A stretch of 64,000 bases of DNA from Tubiluchus corallicola (lineage: Eukaryota; Animalia; Priapulida), in contig JAQGDQ010000102.1 in the NCBI GenBank assembly GCA_030141605.1, positions 383,660 to 447,659 of the forward strand. The letters are read 5' to 3'. Each line of letters starts with the position of its first letter. The first letter of the stretch is position 1. A program made the translations under genes and the position numbers. Of this stretch, positions 12,501-25,356 are shown piece by piece. Under the pieces are notes generated by a model that saw nothing but the letters and a program-made list of their open reading frames with translations, was not told where the DNA came from and made no database searches.

Positions 12501-14183
12501 TACATAGTTTGTTTTACATAGTTTTTGTTGTAAGAGTTTGTTATTATTTTTAACATTTTTGGGCATTTGTATAGCTGCACATCAGCACATATGTTAAAAG
12601 AGTATCGTGGTGCCCTCTAGTTTGCAAAAAAATATCTTTACATGCATAAATTCTAGGCGCACTCATTACGTTACTTTTCCTAGGCATCTTACAGTTTTTA
12701 GCATGTCTACTATTTTATACACAGTATCTGATAAAAAGGTTTTTTATCGGAAACCGATATTATGTTTGTTAAAATTTGGATCTACATGTATATCCTTTTA
12801 TATACATATTAATTATTATATTAAACCCACTGCATAGTTTTTCATAAAACAACATTTGGCATGATCTTGCAAACATTAATACTTAATTAACAAGTGCAAA
12901 TTAGTCTAAGTTTGTTTCTCGTGAATATGTAATTTAAGTTAATTTATTCAGATTAGTTCAACTTGCGCAAATGAAAATATTTTTAATAGCTGTTTTAATT
13001 ATGTTTGTTATAAAAAGTAGAATAATTTGCGAACGATTTTCGGTGTTTAATGCAGCCCACCATACCGTGAACGTTCCAGTGTTGTTATTGTGAAAAAGTT
13101 ATGCAGGTACATGGGTGACCGTTTTAAACGTGTTGCAAACCTTTTAGAGTTCGAATTGCTTCTTCACATCATAAGATACAATGTGCTATGGTCAGAATTC
13201 AAGGTGTAAACCTGTAAATGTTAGTTGTAATTTGACATGAACAATTAAAGTTGCATTCTGTTTTTAAAACATTAATGTTGCCTTTATGCATTTTTTATCA
13301 GTGCAAATCTTGATTTTGTTTTAGTATTAGTAGAAGTAGTATTAAATCTCCAGTAGTTATAATATAACTTTTGAGACAAATAGTTCTTCGACTGTAATTG
13401 CTACAAATTGCACATACATTAGATTGTCATCAACACCTAGGTGACTCCACTGGCAGGTTTTCTCACTATAATATGTAATCCAGCATCCTTGTTATAGGCG
13501 TGTTCCAATTAGCATGGTGATTAAATTTCAATGGATGATGTTTATAGTGTCTATCTAATTTTGATTTAACTTGTAACCTGCTGCCCGCCTCTCAATTAAG
13601 CACGTTTTATCTATAACAAATGTGATCAGTCAACTCGCTGATACATCATACATAGGTATACAGAATCTGGGCAGAGATGATACATACAGTAATTCAGATT
13701 TTTGAATTAATTTTTACCATAATACATGCAAATGGTAGACAATTCTAAAATACAAGTATACGTAAGTTATATGTATGTGAAAATAAATTAAAACTCCCTG
13801 CTCAAATGATGAACAATGCTGACGTGAATTTAATTATATTCTGATTCTGTATCTTATACAGCCCATGTGCTTCTGATTTTTTACTATTATTCGCATGTGC
13901 ATTTAAAGATGCCCTGTATTTTCAATATTGTAAGCAGGACTAAAATAACATGGCTACTATATTTTCTCAGCAGACCACATCATTTGCGACGTGCCTTCTA
14001 TTCTTATCGGCTAATTTGTAGAACATGAAAATGAAAATCTACAGAAATGTTTACTTAAGTCGTTCTAGGTGGCAACACCTTACAGCAATATGTTACATGG
14101 TTGTCCAATTAGAAATAATTAGGATTGAACCAAAATAAGTATTATAATACTGACAACAATATTATAGTTTCATTTGGTTTCAT

Positions 14184-14186
14184 ATG

Positions 14187-14223
<37 letters not shown>

Positions 14224-14252
14224 CTATGAATATATGTATATATATGAAACTA

Positions 14253-14302
<50 letters not shown>

Positions 14303-14331
14303 TGCGTATGTGCGTGAATGCGTGCGTGTGT
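14184..14331. repeat. Compound microsatellite (AT)n-(GT)n-(GCGT)n, followed by GTT/GGT-rich low-complexity sequence
   Basis: Read directly from the sequence. Confidence 0.9.
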
Positions 14332-15550
14332 GGCAGCGATAAAAAGAAGTACGACAGAAGTAAACTTTTAGTTGTATTTTAACTGTAATTTAGTTGTAAT
14401 ATAATTGTTGCTGTTGTTGTGATTGTGATTGTTATTGTTGTTTGTGTTGTTGCTGTTGGTGGTGGTGGTGGTGGTGTCATTTTTGTTGTTCTGTCGTTGT
14501 TTCGTTGTTCCTTTGCTTTTTGCTGTACATAGTTGTTCCATGTAATGATATCTCAAGAACTACTTAAGTGCATGCACAACATAGTGTGCATTCTCCACCA
14601 ATGTCACCTCGTTCAAGTTAGTGTTAATGTTGTGTTGTGTTTAAAGCATTTCATAAATATGTCGTTAAATTACTCGTTTTCACGAGACTCATCTTGTGCA
14701 GACACTGCATGCTTTTGCTTTGTTTCGTGTTACTACTATTATTAAATTGCTGTCACTGCAGTTAATGCTGTCACTATTGATAATTGTCGTTGCTATGTTG
14801 CTGTCCCTTGCTTTTGCAGTACCCCCTTTACCGAATAGCTGGCGCTCACAAAATTTTAGTGCAAGCTACAATACGTAAATCATTTTTTTGCAATTGATCA
14901 CTTCATAATGTTCGACGTGGGTTGAAATCTGAGCTTACTGGATTTCCTCTCTATTATAGCTGACCAGCCCTTTGATAATTTGGTGAATCTGTTGTGATAA
15001 TACTGCTGTAAATATGTTTGAATTTTGTTGTTTACACTGTTGCTGACACAATATTGTTGCTGCTGTTACTACGTTTGACTTTTGTGGTTCTTTAATTGTT
15101 GTAATTCTGTTGACGCTGTTGCTAACACTGTCCTTGCTGTTGTCAGTGTCATTGTTATAACTCTTTATTTGTTAATCGTCATTAACAGTTTTGGTATAAT
15201 TCCAATATATTTCAATGCGCTGCAAAATGTCTTTAATAGTTATATGGCATATTGTTACCAGTTGCAACAGTTCACTTCAGTGTACTAGTAGTGTACTGAT
15301 AAAATTTATTTCTCTGAATCTGTATCATACCTGTAATTGCACTAGTGCTTCTAAAGAAAAATTGGTGTTTAGAACTGAGAAGACCATTTTTTGGTACTAG
15401 CAACGTCGTGAAAATTGACTGGAGCAGAAATCACGATTGAATAACACGTCACATTTATGCATTTTTTGCAAGATTTTGGTTACTGCCACTGCTGCTGTGC
15501 CAGTAAAACAGATAGGCTTTTTGAACAAAATTTAATTTTATAGTTTTACA

Positions 15551-15724
15551 ATGAACTTCCCAACTAGAAATATCACTTTATTTTTTTCAGTATTTTTACA
15601 TTTTCTAGTAGAGCTTGTTGTATGTTTTTCTGATAACGACTTGACAGTTGACATCCCAGCTGGAGCTAGGTCGTGTTTCTTTGAATTTGCTAAACCTGGG
15701 CAAGTTTTAGAAGTTGATTTTCAG
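15551..15724 (+). CDS. TMED5: p24-gamma/TMED (TMED1/TMED5/logjam-like) exon 1: signal peptide and start of GOLD domain
   Basis: MNFPTRNITLFFSVFLHFLVELVVCFS-DNDLTVDIPAGARSCFFE...LEVDFQ; 174 nt; CAG|GTATTG donor. Confidence 0.9.
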
Positions 15725-16943
15725 GTATTGTAACGTATTGCTCACTTACATATGACTGTATTTTTCATTTGTTCCAGCACAGTCGGTGGTTTCGACTGTG
15801 GCATTATTACCGAAAAAGCAAGAAGAAAAAACTGAAATTGTTTCAGGGTCGGTCGCTAGACCGATTATTAAATAACTGAAAAGTGTCATAGTACTTTTAG
15901 TACATGCTGTGCAGCTCACTGGTCTGAGCACTGCCTTGTGCGAATACCAATACAGAAGTACAGCAGTTTCCTTTGTTTTTTGGTCAGGTTAGGCAAATGC
16001 ATAAAAGGTCCTGTATCACGTAAAATGTACTGTACCAGAATTCCTCCATTAAGATATTTCTTCCGTTACTATTTCTACTGGTACTGGTACCCCATACATT
16101 CATGTTTGCTCGTCATAGCTGTGTACTGCCTCGTCATGTACTGCTGAACTGTGAACTGTTTTGGCAAATAATACTTTGCTGTAGACCACCTTACCATGTG
16201 TACCAAATGGTGAGGTGGTGCGTAGCACTGTGGTACATGGTGAGGTAGTAGCAGTACAAGCCAAACGTGGTATGCGAGCTTTTCACAGAATATCCTCTTA
16301 CACCAGCTAAAGTATGTAATTTCAATTCCCGCAGTCTCAAATTTTTTATTACGTGTTAAGGTAATAATAACTGTCGCAAGTAAACTTCCACTAGAGTGCT
16401 CCCCAGATTTTTTTGGGTAACTGTAACTCACACACTGTCGGTGCACATGTATTAAAAATAGCTTTCATGATGTTACACACTATAACCTATAACGTCGAGC
16501 TATGTCTACTAAACGTGGAATCTTAACAACCTTCTATGAATCTTAGTGAGGCATGGTTTTGCAACTTGGCACTCACTTCACAGCGCCATCTGCAGCAGAT
16601 TTTTACTTCACTTTTCCTCCGATAGGTAGCAGCAAGGACGCCAAACTTTCAAGCCCGAATTTTGGGCAACATGTTCTTAGTCGTTTTTCTGTCGTGTCAG
16701 GTTTCAAGTTGGTGAACTGCTTTATGGTCCAGCTGTCATGTCTGCCTGCATAAAATATTTTCTTACAAGTATTTTTTAAATTCATTTTGCTAATTATCTA
16801 TACTGATGACTACGTTACGAAATGAGAGCGGTTAAGCTGCACCAAACGAGTGACCATAACCTTTGTTTTTTGTGATTTCCAGTTAATGATATCTTGCCTC
16901 TACATTCCATTTGTTTGTTTCTGAGGTTATATTTATACATACC

Positions 16944-17327
16944 CAGGGCCAGACTATGACGTTTAGGGGCCCCTAGGCTAATGAAATTATGAGGACCCCC
17001 TCAAGTAGAACCACCTCTAAATTGCCCGCACGTGCCTTGAATATTTTTACTCATGATATACTTTAGACATTTACATAGCTTGCAGTAAAATCACTACAAA
17101 TTCTTTAAATAAATTAGAGTAGCTATCTTTTGTTTGTCAATAAAATGTTCTTTAAGAAATACCATTTTTGCTATTTATTGCAAGCCACATCAATCACATA
17201 TTTCATCACAACCTTGGTGAAAGAACAGATTTTTTTCCATTAGTGGAAAAACAGATTTTTTTACCAAACCAAGCCTGAGAGGCCCTAAGCTTCAGCCTAT
17301 ACTAGCCTATAGAGCACTTTGGCTCTA
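16944..17327. mobile_element. Degenerate hAT-like MITE
   Basis: CAGGGCCAGA... start and ...TTTGGCTCTA end, with subterminal GGCCCCTAGGCT / GCCTATACTAGCCTAT motifs shared with other MITEs in the window; TSD eroded. Confidence 0.45.
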
Positions 17328-17517
17328 TATATGTATAATCTTTATTTGCACATGAATTCAGGAATTACATGACACTTGAAAATTAAATACACACTACAAA
17401 AATATTTGCAATGTAGAAAACTGGGGTTTGCTTGTTTGATTTTCGTTACTCAAGATTGTTATCTAGGCGTTGTTTGCTGATCTCCGTGTTTGTCTATGTT
17501 TGTTTATTATGTTTCAG

Positions 17518-17615
17518 GTTATTGATGGAGGAGATCTGGATATCAGTTTTATAGTACAGTCTCCCCAGGGCCGCCCTCTAGTGACTGACATTAAAAAGCA
17601 GGACAATAATCACAG
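17518..17615 (+). CDS. TMED5: TMED exon 2 (GOLD domain)
   Basis: 98 nt, VIDGGDLDISFIVQSPQGRPLVTDIKKQDNNH(R); the VIDGGDLDI motif is typical of p24-gamma; AG/GT bounded. Confidence 0.92.
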
Positions 17616-17885
17616 GTAAACAAAAAACTGAATGAAAGGAAAACGGGATGAATTTTCACATCCTACCCCATTTTGAAGTATAGTAAAAAGTATACATTTT
17701 AACACCTATAATAGTGACAAAACATTTCCCATAAATAATAGGTTAATGGCAGACGAACTTAACTACTGGCGACAATCACAATTGAAAAATAATTTTTGAC
17801 AGCACAAACATTCCACGAGTGCATTGTACATGTATGTTTGTCAAAGCGAAAGTTGAAGTGCAGTGCTACAGTAAAACATTCAGTG

Positions 17886-18005
17886 TGATATACAAAAACT
17901 TGACAAATTCTAAGTTTCAAATTCATGATATACAAAAACTCGACAAATTCTAAGTTTCAAATTCATGATATACAAAAACTCGACAAATTCTAAGTTTCAA
18001 GTTCA
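17886..18005. repeat. Three tandem copies of a 40-bp unit
   Basis: TGATATACAAAAACTCGACAAATTCTAAGTTTCAAATTCA at 17886, 17926 and 17966, near-identical. Confidence 0.9.
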
Positions 18006-18627
18006 CCACTGTGCTCACGCGGGAGCTGCCGAACATGTGCACTACATCACAACTGGACACCTCTGAACTGAGAGGTACAGTAACCTGTTTTGAGTGCAAC
18101 ATGTTTCTGAAATACAGCCGCTATTGCCCATCTAACTAGCGAAAGACAAAATGCCCGTAACAGCGAAGAACTAGCCACACGAGCGGGAAATTACCATTTG
18201 GTGGTTAATTATTCTTTCACATAAGTCATTCGTCAAAACATAGTATGTTCCCTTCAACGTTTTATAGGTTGCATTGTTTTGAGTTATAGCTTAGGATTTG
18301 GTCAGGTTTTCCTTTGACTTTTTGCTATTGTGCATCTGAGTCTTAGATGCTTTCCCTTTTATTAATCTTAAACAACTGTTAAAATAGTCAGTCTTTGATA
18401 ATGTACTGTCTGGAAGTAATGTAAGCCTCAGCGAGCTTTAAATGTCAGCTCAAATAGTTTCGAAGTAAAAATTTTTGTTTAACGTAATAGTCACATTATT
18501 TTGTAATACTTTAGTTATTGTGTTTCGGGGAAAATTTTACTTTAAATTAATGTGTAATAGTGATCGTTAATCAAAAAATTCTATTTTGTATAGCAAATGA
18601 GCTTTTTGTGCAATCACAAGTAGCCGT

Positions 18628-19036
18628 TAGAGGTGAGCATAAAACGTTTGAGTTTGAACATTCGAATTGAATTCAAATGTTCAAATTTGATTCAAACGAG
18701 TTTTTTTAGTTCGAATTCTATTCGAACGTAAAATTATAAATTCGAATAATTCAGCACTTCAACCACGTACATTCTTTATCATTACAAATTTAAAACATCA
18801 TGAAATTAGTACAATTTAGCTGCTATTTCTGGGCACCAATTATTAGTGGCTTTACTGAAGCACAAACTCAGTCAATATGGATGATCTTTGTTACACCGAA
18901 ACTTGTGATTCTTTACTTATTCTTCGAAAACTTGTTGGAAACCCTTTCAAACTCAATTTGAATTTGAAATACTTAAATTCGATGCCAAATTCGGTTTGAT
19001 TTGAATACGCTTTCTGGTAGAGAATGCTCACCCCGA
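18628..19036. mobile_element. hAT-like MITE with TTCGAA-rich subtermini; same family as 48399-48769, opposite orientation
   Basis: TAGAGGTGAGCAT / ATGCTCACCCCGA termini; flanking 8-mers GTAGCCGT / GTAACCAT (6/8, eroded TSD); internal sequence is the reverse complement of the 48.4-kb copy. Confidence 0.7.
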
Positions 19037-19577
19037 GTAACCATTGCTACTTCTGCTTATATTTTCTCACATGTTATTGGGCGCTATAATTTTAATGATT
19101 GGTTATTATTACATAAATTAGTCTAGTATAAATGCGAAAAACACTATTGCACCTAAAATCATTGTTGAGTATAATCTGTTTGTTCTAAAGATTATTTAGG
19201 GTCAGCCTATAGTGATCTTAAACCAATTTTAAAAAATTATGCCAACTTCAGTAGTAATGTGTTCAATGACCTCTTCAGCTGTGTTCCTATATTCCTATAT
19301 AGCAATAAATGCAGTTTAAATTTAAATTTATCAATCAGCCAACATAGTACTCGATACCAAGTAAAATTTTCACTGGTATTAATATAATTACCATTTGTCC
19401 ATGTAACATTTGCTTAACACATTGGTTATGTGCTGCCTTTCCATTACCACCCCACTTTTCCTTCCCTTTTCATCTCTGACCCTTTTGTCTTTTTTCTTGT
19501 TTCCGAGGTGGCCTTGGTGAAATGTGGCAGAATTTTACAATGCCAAGGTCTCCTCAGCCTCAACTGTTATCAGTAAG

Positions 19578-19998
19578 CAGTGGCGGATTTAGGGGGTGGG
19601 TCAAAGAGGCCTGGGCCCACCCTTTCATAGTAGCAGTTACAGCACACCAAGTGAATATTTTCTCTGGATTATAAGCTTTGGAAGTGGTAGCTTTTGATGA
19701 CGTGGATTGAGTAAAAAGTTCTGCATTAATGATTTCAGTGTAAAAATGCCCTTTAAGTGATAATTGAAGTTTTTGGCAAAGATATCGCTGTGCGCAATTA
19801 TATGCTATGCTATACTAGTATATTGATGTGTAATTAAGAGTCAAAAGTTTGAAGTGACATAATGAGTTTTAAACTTTTGAATTTGCTTGAGGAAATAGTA
19901 AGAAAAATGGTCTAAAATGCATTGGTAGCTGGGGGCTTCCTAGACCCCCCCCCAGCTGCTTTTTCGTTGGGCCCTTTTTCTAAAACCTGTATCCGCCT
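19578..19998. mobile_element. Degenerate hAT-like MITE (CAGTGGCGGAT...ATCCGCC)
   Basis: Inverted termini; flanks TCAGTAAG / CCGGTAAG resemble an eroded 8-bp TSD. Confidence 0.55.
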
Positions 19999-20156
19999 CC
20001 GGTAAGCATTAGTAATTTGACCTATTCACGTGCATTTTTCACACAGACTCGTGTAAGTTTATATCCAGTGTATTAACAAATAAACAAACTTGAAATAAAC
20101 TTGAAATTAAATAAAAGACTGTAAAGTGTTATGACACATAATTACTTGTTTTGCAG

Positions 20157-20352
20157 GATAGAAGTTAAAGAGGAAGGCGATCATAAACTGTGCTTCGACA
20201 ATACGTTTACTCGTTTCTCTGCGAAGCTAGTCTATTTTGAAATTGTGATTTATAATAATGATGGAACGGAAGGAGCGGATGATGACGATGAAGACTGGCT
20301 GAGCAATATCAGTCCTGATGAACTTGTAGATGTGAGCGTAGATAATTTAAAA
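20157..20352 (+). CDS. TMED5: TMED exon 3 (end of GOLD domain, acidic linker)
   Basis: 196 nt, IEVKEEGDHKLCFDNTFTRFSAKLVYFEI...VDNLK; conserved CFDN.F motif; phase consistent with neighbours. Confidence 0.93.
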
Positions 20353-22218
20353 GTATGTATTTTTGTTTAGCTGGTGTCACTTGTTTCGAGCCTGCTATTA
20401 CGATCTGAGTTGCAGTGTTCAGAAATGCAACAAAACATTACTAATGTTTTTAAGCTACTTGTTAGATTTGATCAATAAAACTAAGGCCACTCTTGCAATG
20501 TTATAGTTTTCAAGTGGACAACCCACTACGTTTTGTTGCAAAATTCTTCCATTCAGCGCAGCTTCATCCGCAATTCATAAATACTGACTTCGCTACTTGG
20601 TGCTTTTTGCTGCGTTTTAATGGTAATTTTAAGCGAACAGTGGTATGATTAACTTAATTTTCTAGTTTCAAAACTCTCCAAGTTTTGCGGTTTTCATTCA
20701 AGGAAAAAGTATTTTTCCCGAGGATTTATTTATTTATTTCTTCCGATCTGAGAGAGGTTAATAGCAAGGACTTTTGGAGGTGGTTTATATTATATATTAT
20801 AGTACACATAAGTTTATCTGTACAGCAAGACAGTGATGAGTGGAGATTATTTTTGCAGTGCAATAATACATACTTTCTGTTGCTTATATACAATGGGAAC
20901 ATGTGTATAGAAAACTGATATTGTGTATGGGAGATATTCTTAAGGAATTAATCTCCAACAGCATGCCAGCCAAGTGTTTTAAGCAAAGTTTAAATTACAA
21001 AAACTACATAAAAGTTCCTGCAAAATGTCTTGCAGATGAAAAACAAAAAAAAAAACAAATATATTTTACAAAAATTTATTGCAGAATAACTGAAACATGT
21101 TATATTATATTAGATTACTTAATGAAATTCTTACCTAAATGGTTACCAAGCGTGTGGTCATAAGACAGGCCAGTGCCAGGAGTTGCAGATTTTCCCTGAT
21201 GCCTTAACCAGTCAAATGGATTAACCCTTTCATTACGTATTTGCTTTTTAACTGGACCACATTGGCTTCGCACATTTGTCAATAACTTCTTGTGATGTGT
21301 TACTAAAACAGAATCTTGTAAATAAACAGGTGGTTGTTTGTTATTGAGTACTAATATTAAATATTAGTTTAGTTCTACACATGCACACATATACGAGCTC
21401 ACATACATGCACTCACGCATACACACACGTGCACACCCTCATAAATAAGCATGTACTTATTTGGAAACCATTTTGCACAAAAGACACAATACTAATCCAT
21501 AATATGCAATCATTTTATCAGAATGCAGAACAATCAGCTAAACATACATTTCATCAACGATCTACGAGTGATTTTGCGTGGGAACATACCATACAGTACA
21601 GTATTGTGGAATGCACCTGGCTTCAGATGCCGATTGGATGGTTAGCGTTACTTGTTGTGAAGCAACCCCAATCCCACTCATGTTAAACGTTTCTACAATG
21701 TTTTGCACTTCCGTAGCGGTGAAATAAACAGACCTGGGTGATTGTGCTTAGTGCTGAGCTCGAGCAATAGTCTACCGCCTTCCGTCCCCTGCATAAAAAC
21801 ATGCAGAACACTTCCGCCTTCCGTAGTGAAAGGTTTACGTCTTGACGATCGTAAAATTTCAAACGATTAGTCATTCTTGAGCTAGCAACTGCTCTCAGCA
21901 ATTTCGTTAATATTTACGTAACTTGAAAAGGTCATTTGCAAGCTGAATTCCTCTGCCAACACACGACCCATTTAGCAGGTAAACAGACTCATTTTTCTAT
22001 AGCTTTATGTATATACATGTATACACCTGCCGGGTGGGCAGATCCACTAGCTAGTGAGGCCCTAATTGTCTGAGCACGTGTAGGTTTGGCGCTTTTTTGC
22101 AATAGCACGTTTATTATAATAATAGCATGTAAAAATTCTTATAATTTAGTATGTGTAGAACAGGTAACAGAACAATAGTCTTCAATAACAAATGTAAATA
22201 ATTATTACTGAATATATA

Positions 22219-22687
22219 GAATGCTGTGGAGTCAGAGTCAGCAGTAAATTTACTGCTAAAGAAGTCGGAGTTGTTAAAACTTTGGGTTTTGGAGTCGGAG
22301 TCAGAACTCGGGAGCATAGAGGAGTCAGTGTTAGAGTCTGTACAAAATAAACAAGTTCAAACTACAGTTACTTTTAACTTTTGACACATGTATGCATAAC
22401 GTCCCATTTTAGGACGGTTTCGTATTGATGTCTATGCAGCTAGACTGTTTTTCGAGCATAAGAAGTAGTGATGAAATGCTACTGTAGCTAAATATTGAGA
22501 ATACTATAAACTATTCCTTAAAGGCAAGAGTTGCAGTTGGTGTCGGGAGTCGGGGCTCCTAAAATTTTAGGAGTCAGAGTTTGATTTAAAATTTTAGGAG
22601 CCGGAGTCAGAGTCTGAGTTGGATTTTCTAAAATTCTAGGAGTCGGAGCCCTAGTCAGGAAGTTAATGTACTGACTTTACAGCCTTG
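22219..22687. mobile_element. GGAGTC-repeat MITE remnant
   Basis: Many GGAGTCGGAG/AGAGTC subterminal hexamers; ends GCTGTGGAGTC...GACTTTACAGCC are imperfectly inverted. Confidence 0.6.
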
Positions 22688-22859
22688 TGTATAAATGTTA
22701 CATTTAATAATTACCCTTTGAAGCTCTCAGTTCCTGGCTCCTTATTTACAAATAGGTTTATAGAGTTCACACACTCGTATGATGAGTTAAATGAACCAAA
22801 TACCTACTTGTTCTGTTGTCTGCTTATGGCATGCGTTCTTAATTAACTTTAAAGTCCTA

Positions 22860-23175
22860 AGCCAGAAATTACAGTACACTCCATCATTGCAGGTGGCATT
22901 AAAGATTTAATGTCACACAGAATAAACCTTAGTCACTGTCACTATACTACTGAACTAGCCAGAACCACGATGAAAGAAGCAATTTTGTCAACTGCTCACA
23001 ATAACTTGGCTATCATTGCTTTGAAATTTTTAATGTAATGTGTACATGGGGGTCATTCAAAACTCGTGCATCGCGTAATTTGGCATAACGATGTAAGCTG
23101 ACAATGTAAACACGTACGTCAGTGGGACAGTCTCGGTAACGTAATCTAGTGCTAGCTGCTGTAAACTAAAACAAC
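22860..23175. repeat. ~310-bp dispersed repeat, inverted copy of 26378-26700
   Basis: Several colinear blocks match in reverse complement, e.g. ATCATTGCAGGTGGCATT vs AATGCCACCTGCAATGAT and ATCTAGTGCTAGC vs GCTAGCACTAGAT. Confidence 0.75.
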
Positions 23176-23268
23176 TCCACAGACAAGAAGCCCGAGGAAA
23201 GAAATCAATTTATGATTATTGTAAGAAACTTTGAAGTTCGTTTCTCATCCATTTATTGTTTATTGCAG

Positions 23269-23436
23269 GATTCCATAGTGAAGGTAAAAGGAAACCTGGC
23301 TCGTTCCATACAGCTTCAAGGGTTGCTGCGTGTGTTTGAAGCCAAAGATCGTAACATCATGGAGAGTAACTGGAGTCGCGTCAACACTTGGTCAATCATC
23401 TTTATCTGTATTATGATCGGAACCGGACTTGTACAG
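23269..23436 (+). CDS. TMED5: TMED exon 4 (coiled coil and most of the TM helix); probable GC donor
   Basis: DSIVKVKGNLARSIQLQGLLRVFEAKDRNIMESNWSRVNTWSIIFICIMIGTGLVQ; E..DR...E.N..RV..WS is the p24 signature; ends CAG|GCACGA. Confidence 0.88.
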
Positions 23437-23489
23437 GCACGAATTGTTTTAATTTATCGAATTTCGTCAATCTTATTTGTTAGGTATGA

Positions 23490-24660
23490 TGATGAAGCTG
23501 ATGATGATAATGATGATAAATCCTTTATTACGCCTCTATTTGCAGGCTCAATACATCAATAATTAAAAACGAAACCATGTACATATATTAGTGACACACA
23601 AAAATAAATACATACAATTACATAAAAATGAAAGCAACTGTACAAATTATATACAAATAAACAAATGCATATGTATAAACAAATACGTTAGAATGCACAA
23701 AACATATACAAATGTAAATAAAGGTATATAGCGATTAGTTAACGTTTTTACAATGTAGTCATCTTTCACTAAGTCCAAAAATGCAGTAATTATACTTTTG
23801 GCTTGCTTTAAAAATACGACATCTGTTGTTTGATCCGCAAGCTCTAACATAAAATGCCTCCTCTTCCTTTGGTGACCAATGGGCAACAAAATAATAAATG
23901 ATCTGGTGTCTGAGGGGACCGTCCAATCCGATGCGGCACAGAAATTGATTGAAGTTTCCTTGCTTAGTGAGAAAACAAATTGCCGCAGTCTCCAACTCCA
24001 ATAGCCTGCCCGAGTTTCCTACAGGCAGATATAAAGTTGTACCAGCTACTAGGATATCGTTCCCCGTTTCAATGCGTTGCAGTTAAGAAATTTGTTAGCT
24101 AAAGCTTGGGAGTACGGAGAGGTGCTATTGTTATAACTAATTAATTCTGAAGCTGTGTATCTTGCAAGTTAGGTTTTCATGCATACCCGAGTTTTGTCTA
24201 AGGCCCAGAACAAACAAAAACTCGCGTAATTAACTGTAACCCGAGTTTGCTGCAGTATTCAATTTGCCCGAAAAAAAACAGCTAAAATATGCTGCAAGAA
24301 GTTAGGATTTTCCAAGCCTGCTTCATGATCTATTTTCTGTCCAAAGACATTAGAATGTTCATTAGTGATGTGATTGTTTTAGAATTAGACTTGTTACATG
24401 TTCTTACCTTATCTTTCCTACAGTACCAGACGGCTTGTTGGAGGCAGAATATGTTTTTATCCCATCTACGGGTTTTCCCAATACTTTTATCTTCCATGTA
24501 TGAATTTAAAGCAAAACAGACTGAAAATGCAGATATGTTTCTTATCGGCAATGAGGGACCAGCACAATGTGTCATAGCTGTAATTTCCTGCTGAGTTTAT
24601 TGGCTAAAAATCCAAGTCATCCATCTTCTTCGGACCACTGAATTGTGCATTTGTTCAAAC
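23490..24660 (-). mobile_element. Decayed 3' part of a non-LTR retrotransposon (R1/I/LOA-like ORF2 end)
   Basis: Minus-strand fragments FLTKQGNFNQFLCRIGL and, after a frameshift, QTPDHLLFCCP resemble the C-terminal CCHC region; ends in AATAAA plus an (ATC)n tail at ~23490-23530; a similar tail occurs at ~32240-32280. Confidence 0.55.
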
Positions 24661-24741
24661 ATTGTTTTCACAGTTATTGCCACTATCCCATTTTACAATT
24701 ATTCGAGCAAATTAGTTGATTTTTTTTCTTGTTTTTTTCAG

Positions 24742-24819
24742 GTTGTCATGATTCGTAGTCTTTTCGACGACAAAAGTCGAGTCGCGCAAGTTATGCGAAA
24801 AATCAAAGGACAAGGCTGA
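24742..24819 (+). CDS. TMED5: TMED exon 5 (end of TM helix and cytosolic tail)
   Basis: Strong polypyrimidine tract + CAG; VVMIRSLFDDKSRVAQVMRKIKGQG*; total protein ~237 aa. Confidence 0.9.
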   Translation, partial: VVMIRSLFDDKSRVAQVMRKIKGQG

Positions 24820-25356
24820 CGTATTGTACTCAATCAAAAGTGCCTTACTGAAATGTATTCAAACGGATTGGGAAGCTAACAGAGGCAGGCTTGGCGCGAT
24901 TTGAAAAGCTCTTTATAAGAAAAAAGACTTAATATTAACAACCACTTTCACACTGTGTATATTTTACCACCGGTTATTAAGAATCATTATATTATTGTTA
25001 TGTTTATATGTTAGGTGTCAGTAGATCACAAAAAATAAGAAATCTAAAAAACTTTGCTAAATATTCAGTTTTTTCTTGAATATTTACAATAGCTGTTATA
25101 GTTTATACAAGCATTACATGTTGTGGGCCTATGTATATATTTTTCAAGTAAAAAATGAATAAATAGTGTAATTTGTTCTACGAGAATATTGTTGTTTGTG
25201 TGGCATTCATAAAGATTTTGTATAAGACTTGTAATATAAACAGGAGGTAGTTTGTTAATGAAATGGGATAGCAGTCTAGATCTGTGAGCCAGATGTGTGC
25301 TGGCCACTTTTTGTACGTTTGGTTTGAATATCTGTAAAACTCAGCAGCTTAATAAT

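Noticed and set aside
16241-16251. TGAGGTAGTAG, identical to the let-7 5' end
   Set aside because: 3' half does not match, no complementary arm seen, and it lies in a GTAC-rich repeat-like region.
16803-16822. CTGATGA...GAAA hammerhead-like core (similar at ~49276)
   Set aside because: Stem II cannot form (no closing pair or no spacer) and no stem I/III with a cleavage triplet.
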